Below are positions 28,239 to 32,000 of a stretch of DNA of 32,000 nt, in pieces. The notes under the pieces are model-generated. The model worked only from the letters and a program-made list of their open reading frames with translations, was not told the DNA's origin and did no database searches. Numbering within the stretch: the first letter of the stretch is position 1; every line of letters begins with the position of its first letter. The translations under genes and the position numbers were made by a program. Source of the DNA: Psychrobacter sp. DM4 (GTDB lineage Bacteria; Pseudomonadota; Gammaproteobacteria; Pseudomonadales; Moraxellaceae); assembly GCF_051307035.1 (NCBI RefSeq), contig NZ_CP195536.1, positions 2,130,001 to 2,162,000 of the forward strand, given 5' to 3'.

Positions 28239-29141
28239 TTAAAACCTCTTATATTGCTTCGGTATAGTACAGTCAGTACTACGCCGGAACTTCAAGTATG
28301 CTTCACTGATCGCATTGCTATCTTCAATCTGCGGATAGTGACCCAGCTCTGACATAACAGTGACGTCAGGATTAGGAATGAGCTCCCGATAGCGATTGAC
28401 CATATGCTGTCCTGATATAGGGTCTTTGGCACCATCGATCAGTTTGACAGGTACACGGCTATTGATAATCGCTCCAACCCAACGTTCTCGGTATTGCCTC
28501 CGCTGCGGAATATAGTTGATAAGTCTGTGCAGGACGCCTACGCCATCATTATGAGTAAGCAATTGCCATAATGCGTCAATAACTTCCGAAGTTGGCGGTG
28601 TTTTGGGTCCAAATATCCGTTGCAAATTACTGGCAAATTTTGGCTTAGTAAAGAGCTTGGACACCAAAAATCCTAATGGTGATAGCAATAATCTCTGTAT
28701 CAAGATAGGTTCGTGCGTTTCGGGAAACAGACCACCGTTTAAGAAGCAGACACTAGCAATATGCAGATCACAACTCACATCCACTTGTCTTGCCAGCAGC
28801 TCCTGCGCGACGGTATCGCCATAATCATGTGCCAAGATATGATAATTATCGACACCTAATTGACGCAGAAATGCCTCAAAAATATCAGCCTGTTCGCTAA
28901 TGAGATACTGGGCGTTTTTGGGTTTATCAGATAAGCCAAAACCCAGCATATCGAGAGTAATCACATAATAGTGTTCAGTCAGCGCCTCCCACATACTCTC
29001 CCAGTCCCAACTGGCACTCGGATAGCCGTGAATGAGAAGGAGCGCCGGTGCACTCTTGTCACCACCTTGGCGCGTAAAGATTCGTTGACCATTGATAGAC
29101 TCAAACTGTCCTTGCTGCTGCCACTCACTTACCGTCATCAT
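28239..29141 (-). CDS. Alpha/beta-fold hydrolase (epoxide hydrolase/MEST-like, Asp nucleophile type)
   Basis: HGYPSASWDW oxyanion region and the HDYGD nucleophile elbow. Start moved to ATG 29141, which lies 7 nt after GAGGAG (the last two codons of the upstream aldolase gene). Confidence 0.8.
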   Translation of the reverse strand: MMTVSEWQQQGQFESINGQRIFTRQGGDKSAPALLLIHGYPSASWDWESMWEALTEHYYVITLDMLGFGLSDKPKNAQYLISEQADIFEAFLRQLGVDNYHILAHDYGDTVAQELLARQVDVSCDLHIASVCFLNGGLFPETHEPILIQRLLLSPLGFLVSKLFTKPKFASNLQRIFGPKTPPTSEVIDALWQLLTHNDGVGVLHRLINYIPQRRQYRERWVGAIINSRVPVKLIDGAKDPISGQHMVNRYRELIPNPDVTVMSELGHYPQIEDSNAISEAYLKFRRSTDCTIPKQYKRF

Positions 29142-29145
29142 AAGA

Positions 29146-29919
29146 TTACTCCTCAAATGAGGGATCGATACGGCGCAGCTTACGCAGCAGTGCAGGCCAT
29201 GCGATATCGCCGCCTGCGCCTCTAGTCACTTGCGCTGATGCAGCTTGAATACCTGCTAGTATTTGCGGCGGTATATGCGTGAGTGTACTGCCACCGCTCT
29301 GCGCTTTGATCTGCACCTCGCACGCTCTTTGAGTGATGTACATAAACAAAAAGGCATCAGCGACACTACTGCCGCAAGTGAGCAGCCCATGATTGCGTAG
29401 AATCATAAAGTTAGCATCACCAAGGTCAGCAACCAGACGCACCTTTTCCTCAGGATTTAGTGCAATGCCTTCATAGTCATGATAGGCCAAGTTGGAGAGT
29501 GGAAATAGAGATTGCTGCGATAGTGGTAGTAGCCCTTGCTCTTGCGCGGATACCGCAACACCATCACTAGTATGAAGATGGATAACGCAGTGCGCATCAT
29601 GACGAGCGTTGTGTACTGCGCTATGAATAGTAAATCCTGCTGGATTGATATCGTAATCTGAATGCGCGACCTTCTCACCTGCTTGATTGACTTTGACTAA
29701 GTTTGAGGCGGTAATCTCTTCGAATAATAGTCCGTAAGGATTGATCAAAAACGCATCTTCGGTATCGGGTACGCGAGCCGATATATGCGTGAAGACCAAA
29801 TCATCCCAGCCATACATAGCGATGAGTCGATAACAGGCAGCAAGGTCTACTCGCATCTGCCATTCTGATTCGCTGACGCTGTCTTTTATACTGGCTTTTA
29901 TATTTGATTCGTTTTGCAT
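29146..29919 (-). CDS. Class II aldolase/adducin-domain protein
   Basis: 257 aa with His-rich metal-site blocks (IHSAVH, CVIHLHT) and a length typical of the class II aldolase/adducin N-terminal domain family. Confidence 0.8.
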   Translation of the reverse strand: MQNESNIKASIKDSVSESEWQMRVDLAACYRLIAMYGWDDLVFTHISARVPDTEDAFLINPYGLLFEEITASNLVKVNQAGEKVAHSDYDINPAGFTIHSAVHNARHDAHCVIHLHTSDGVAVSAQEQGLLPLSQQSLFPLSNLAYHDYEGIALNPEEKVRLVADLGDANFMILRNHGLLTCGSSVADAFLFMYITQRACEVQIKAQSGGSTLTHIPPQILAGIQAASAQVTRGAGGDIAWPALLRKLRRIDPSFEE

Positions 29920-30081
29920 GATGTCATCCTTGACCGTTTTAGCTTTGAGAGTGGTAACTGCGTAAATACTTTTTACAAGTCATCTTGCTTTAAATTTATA
30001 CCTTAAAGTATTTTAAGGCAATTAAATAGTTTTGTAGCTGCTATTTTGGCGTAGCGAGTGTTTGATTATCTTACCGAGATT

Positions 30082-30117
30082 CTACTCATGTCAACTCCGC
30101 CTACTCTTATCAACTCC
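30082..30117 (+). repeat. Tandem 17-nt direct repeat (19-nt period) in the eptA upstream region
   Basis: CTACTCATGTCAACTCC (30082-30098) and CTACTCTTATCAACTCC (30101-30117); 15 of 17 positions are identical. Confidence 0.75.
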
Positions 30118-30140
30118 ATCTGTGCACTAAACTCAATCGA

Positions 30141-30157
30141 CTTAACGCCTTCTTAAC
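30141..30157 (+). promoter_or_regulatory. PmrA(BasR)-box-like direct repeat CTTAAC-N5-CTTAAC
   Basis: CTTAACgccttCTTAAC compared with the enterobacterial PmrA box YTTAAK-N5-YTTAAK (5 of 6 match in each half). Located 59 nt upstream of the eptA ATG, with -10-like TATGTT (30169-30174) and GATACT (30180-30185) downstream. Confidence 0.5.
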
Positions 30158-30215
30158 AAGCAGCTTGCTATGTTGTAGTGATACTCCTCGCATACTCCGG
30201 TTAAGAAGTCGCGCT

Positions 30216-31907
30216 ATGTCATTATCTCAAACCGCTAATATCGCCGCGCCCAAAACTAACAAAGAACGTCGCTACCTCGATACACTCTATCGTTTTGAGC
30301 TGAATCCAAACGCTCTTATCATTATTGTCGCGCTATTTTTGGTTGTTACCGCTAATGTCAGCTTTTTTTCGCAAGTGCTAAGCATTTATCCTTTTAGCAC
30401 CAATATTGGCTTTATAGTATCTATCACAGGACTATTATTTAGTCTGATGTGGCTACTCTTTCAGTTGTTATGCTACCGACCTACTACCAAGCCCGTACTC
30501 ATCACCATGGTTATGATAGGCGCCGTATGTAGTTATTTCACTGATGCTTACGGTACCGTGTTCGATACTAATATGCTGATCAACAGTATGCAAACCGATC
30601 AAGCAGAAGCCATGGGGTTGATGTCGCCAAGCTTCTTTATTCGGGTGTTTTTGCTGGGTGTTATACCCGCAATTATTATTGCCACATTGAATATCAAGCG
30701 CGTACCTTTACGCCGAGCATTGTGGCAAAGAGCAGTTACTCTGATTTTAGCTATTGCTTTGATAGCGTTATGTTTACTACCCTTTGGGGATCAATATGCT
30801 ACTTTTTTTCGTCAGCACAAAGTCGTCCGCAGTTATGCCAATCCTATCACCCCTATCTATTCTGTTATCAAACTAGGTACTGATTATGTTGAGGAGCTAC
30901 GTCGACCTGATACTTTGACCCTACATGCAACCGATGCCAAACGTAGCGCCACTATCAGTGATAAAACAAAACCTAAACTCATGGTATTTGTGGTTGGTGA
31001 AACAGTTCGCGCCGATCATGTTGGTCTCAACGGCTATGAGCGCAACACTATGCCGCTTCTAGCAAGCCAATCAGATGTATACAGCTTTAAAAACGCCACC
31101 TCTTGCGGAACTTCTACTGCTTACTCCGTTCCTTGTATGTTCAGCTACGCTAATAGAGAACATTATGACAACAACACTTCAGACTATAATGAAAATGTCC
31201 TAGACACGCTACACAAGCAAGGCGTCAATGTGGTTTGGCGCGATAATAATTCAAGCGCCAAAGGGGTGGCAGATCGAGTTACCTTTGAGGACTACAAAAC
31301 GACAGATGTCAATCCAAATTGCGATGAGGAGTGTCGTGATATTGGGATGCTTGACGGTTTTGATAAGCTAGTTAGAGCAGACTCTCCTGCTAAAGACACG
31401 CTTATTTTATTACATCAGATGGGTAATCATGGTCCTGCTTATTACAAACGTTATCCAAAGGCGTTTGAGGAATACAAACCCGTCTGTATGACTAACGAGC
31501 TCTCTAAATGTGATGATCAGTCCGTCATCAACGCTTACGACAATGCTATCCGCTATACTGATTACTTCTTAAACAACGTGATTGATACGCTAAAAAAGTA
31601 TGAGTCCGATTATGATGTCGTAATGGTATACGTAAGCGACCATGGCGAGAGCTTGGGGGAGAACAATATCTACTTGCATGGGATGCCCTACGCTATAGCG
31701 CCCGATGCGCAAAAGCAGGTTCCCGTCATCGTTTGGTCGCCTACTGGCAACGGTATCAATACTAATAACAGAGATAAAGGTAGCCTTGCCAATATGATAA
31801 ATCAGCCTGTGTCACATGACTTTATTACCCCAACTTTACTGAAATTTTTTGGTATTACTACTGAAGAAGTAGCAGCAGCACCAACCTTTTTTGAATCTGT
31901 ATACTGA
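30216..31907 (+). CDS. eptA: Phosphoethanolamine--lipid A transferase (EptA/PmrC, MCR-like)
   Basis: N-terminal 5-TM domain plus a sulfatase-type domain. Motif blocks shared with MCR-1 by recollection: VVGET.RADH, TSCGTSTAYSVPCMFSY, HQMGNHGPAY, YVSDHGESLGEN, YLHGMP. ATG 30216 is preferred over the track's TTG at 30165, which would lie within the putative promoter. Confidence 0.92.
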   Translation: MSLSQTANIAAPKTNKERRYLDTLYRFELNPNALIIIVALFLVVTANVSFFSQVLSIYPFSTNIGFIVSITGLLFSLMWLLFQLLCYRPTTKPVLITMVMIGAVCSYFTDAYGTVFDTNMLINSMQTDQAEAMGLMSPSFFIRVFLLGVIPAIIIATLNIKRVPLRRALWQRAVTLILAIALIALCLLPFGDQYATFFRQHKVVRSYANPITPIYSVIKLGTDYVEELRRPDTLTLHATDAKRSATISDKTKPKLMVFVVGETVRADHVGLNGYERNTMPLLASQSDVYSFKNATSCGTSTAYSVPCMFSYANREHYDNNTSDYNENVLDTLHKQGVNVVWRDNNSSAKGVADRVTFEDYKTTDVNPNCDEECRDIGMLDGFDKLVRADSPAKDTLILLHQMGNHGPAYYKRYPKAFEEYKPVCMTNELSKCDDQSVINAYDNAIRYTDYFLNNVIDTLKKYESDYDVVMVYVSDHGESLGENNIYLHGMPYAIAPDAQKQVPVIVWSPTGNGINTNNRDKGSLANMINQPVSHDFITPTLLKFFGITTEEVAAAPTFFESVY

Positions 31908-31936
31908 GATTTTGAACCCAGACGCTACGACTATTC

Positions 31937-31982
31937 ATGCACGAGACCCCTTATGCACAAGACCCCTATGTACAAAATCCTT
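31937..31982 (+). repeat. Three tandem imperfect copies of an ATG-containing 15-16-nt unit at the response-regulator start
   Basis: ATGCACGAGACCCCTT (31937-31952), ATGCACAAGACCCCT (31953-31967), ATGTACAAAATCC... (31968 onward). Confidence 0.7.
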
Positions 31983-32000
31983 GTCATTGAAGATAATCCT
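31968..32000 (+). CDS. Response regulator, first 11 codons only (OmpR/PmrA-type inferred from context)
   Basis: MYKILVIEDNP is a classic receiver-domain N-terminus. It lies 60 nt after the eptA stop, as in pmrCAB operons. An in-frame alternative ATG is at 31953 (MHKTPMYKILV...). Truncated by the window end. Confidence 0.6.
   Translation, partial: MYKILVIEDNP

Noticed and set aside
30165-30215. Upstream starts proposed by the ORF track: TTG 30165 for eptA, 20986 for adhC, 15084 for the ydeP-like gene, 1645 for mobA, 6922 for xdhC, 29156 for the hydrolase and 21057 for lysR
   Set aside because: The extra N-terminal residues have no counterpart in the protein families. They overlap promoters or neighbouring genes, and better internal ATGs with Shine-Dalgarno-like sequences exist.

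Overview
This is a chromosomal segment that looks Moraxellaceae/Psychrobacter-like; that is an inference from the protein gestalt only, with no search run. Bases 1-16118 are one uninterrupted minus-strand run of 15 genes forming a self-contained molybdenum-cofactor/molybdoenzyme supercluster. In minus-strand order it reads moeB; FdhF/YdeP-type oxidoreductase + fdhD; a three-subunit PaoABC-like aldehyde oxidoreductase; xdhC + mocA-like; moeA; and moaA-moaB-mobA-moaC-moaD. A tRNA-Val(GAC) with a clear promoter and terminator follows. After it comes a small accessory-looking patch: about 460 nt of non-coding DNA, an MRJP/yellow-like beta-propeller lipoprotein, an orphan 95-aa ORF and an AT-richer GT4 glycosyltransferase. 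Next are adhC/frmA with a divergent LysR regulator, then a 709-nt gene-free region carrying a MITE-like inverted-repeat element and GGA-rich tandem repeats. This is followed by a class II UvrA paralogue that lacks the UvrB-binding domain, housekeeping genes (hbd-like, ppiC, truC) and a translationally coupled aldolase/hydrolase pair. The window ends with an MCR/EptA-type phosphoethanolamine transferase that has a PmrA-box-like promoter, followed by the first codons of a response regulator (pmrCAB-like layout). I saw no CRISPR array, rRNA, intact IS or prophage. I did not find an unambiguous novel multi-gene system. The best candidates for follow-up are the MCR-like pmrC locus with its regulatory repeats, the orphan UvrA2 together with its unusual upstream non-coding region, and the two-branch Moco supercluster. 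Several ORF-track starts were moved to better-supported internal start codons.
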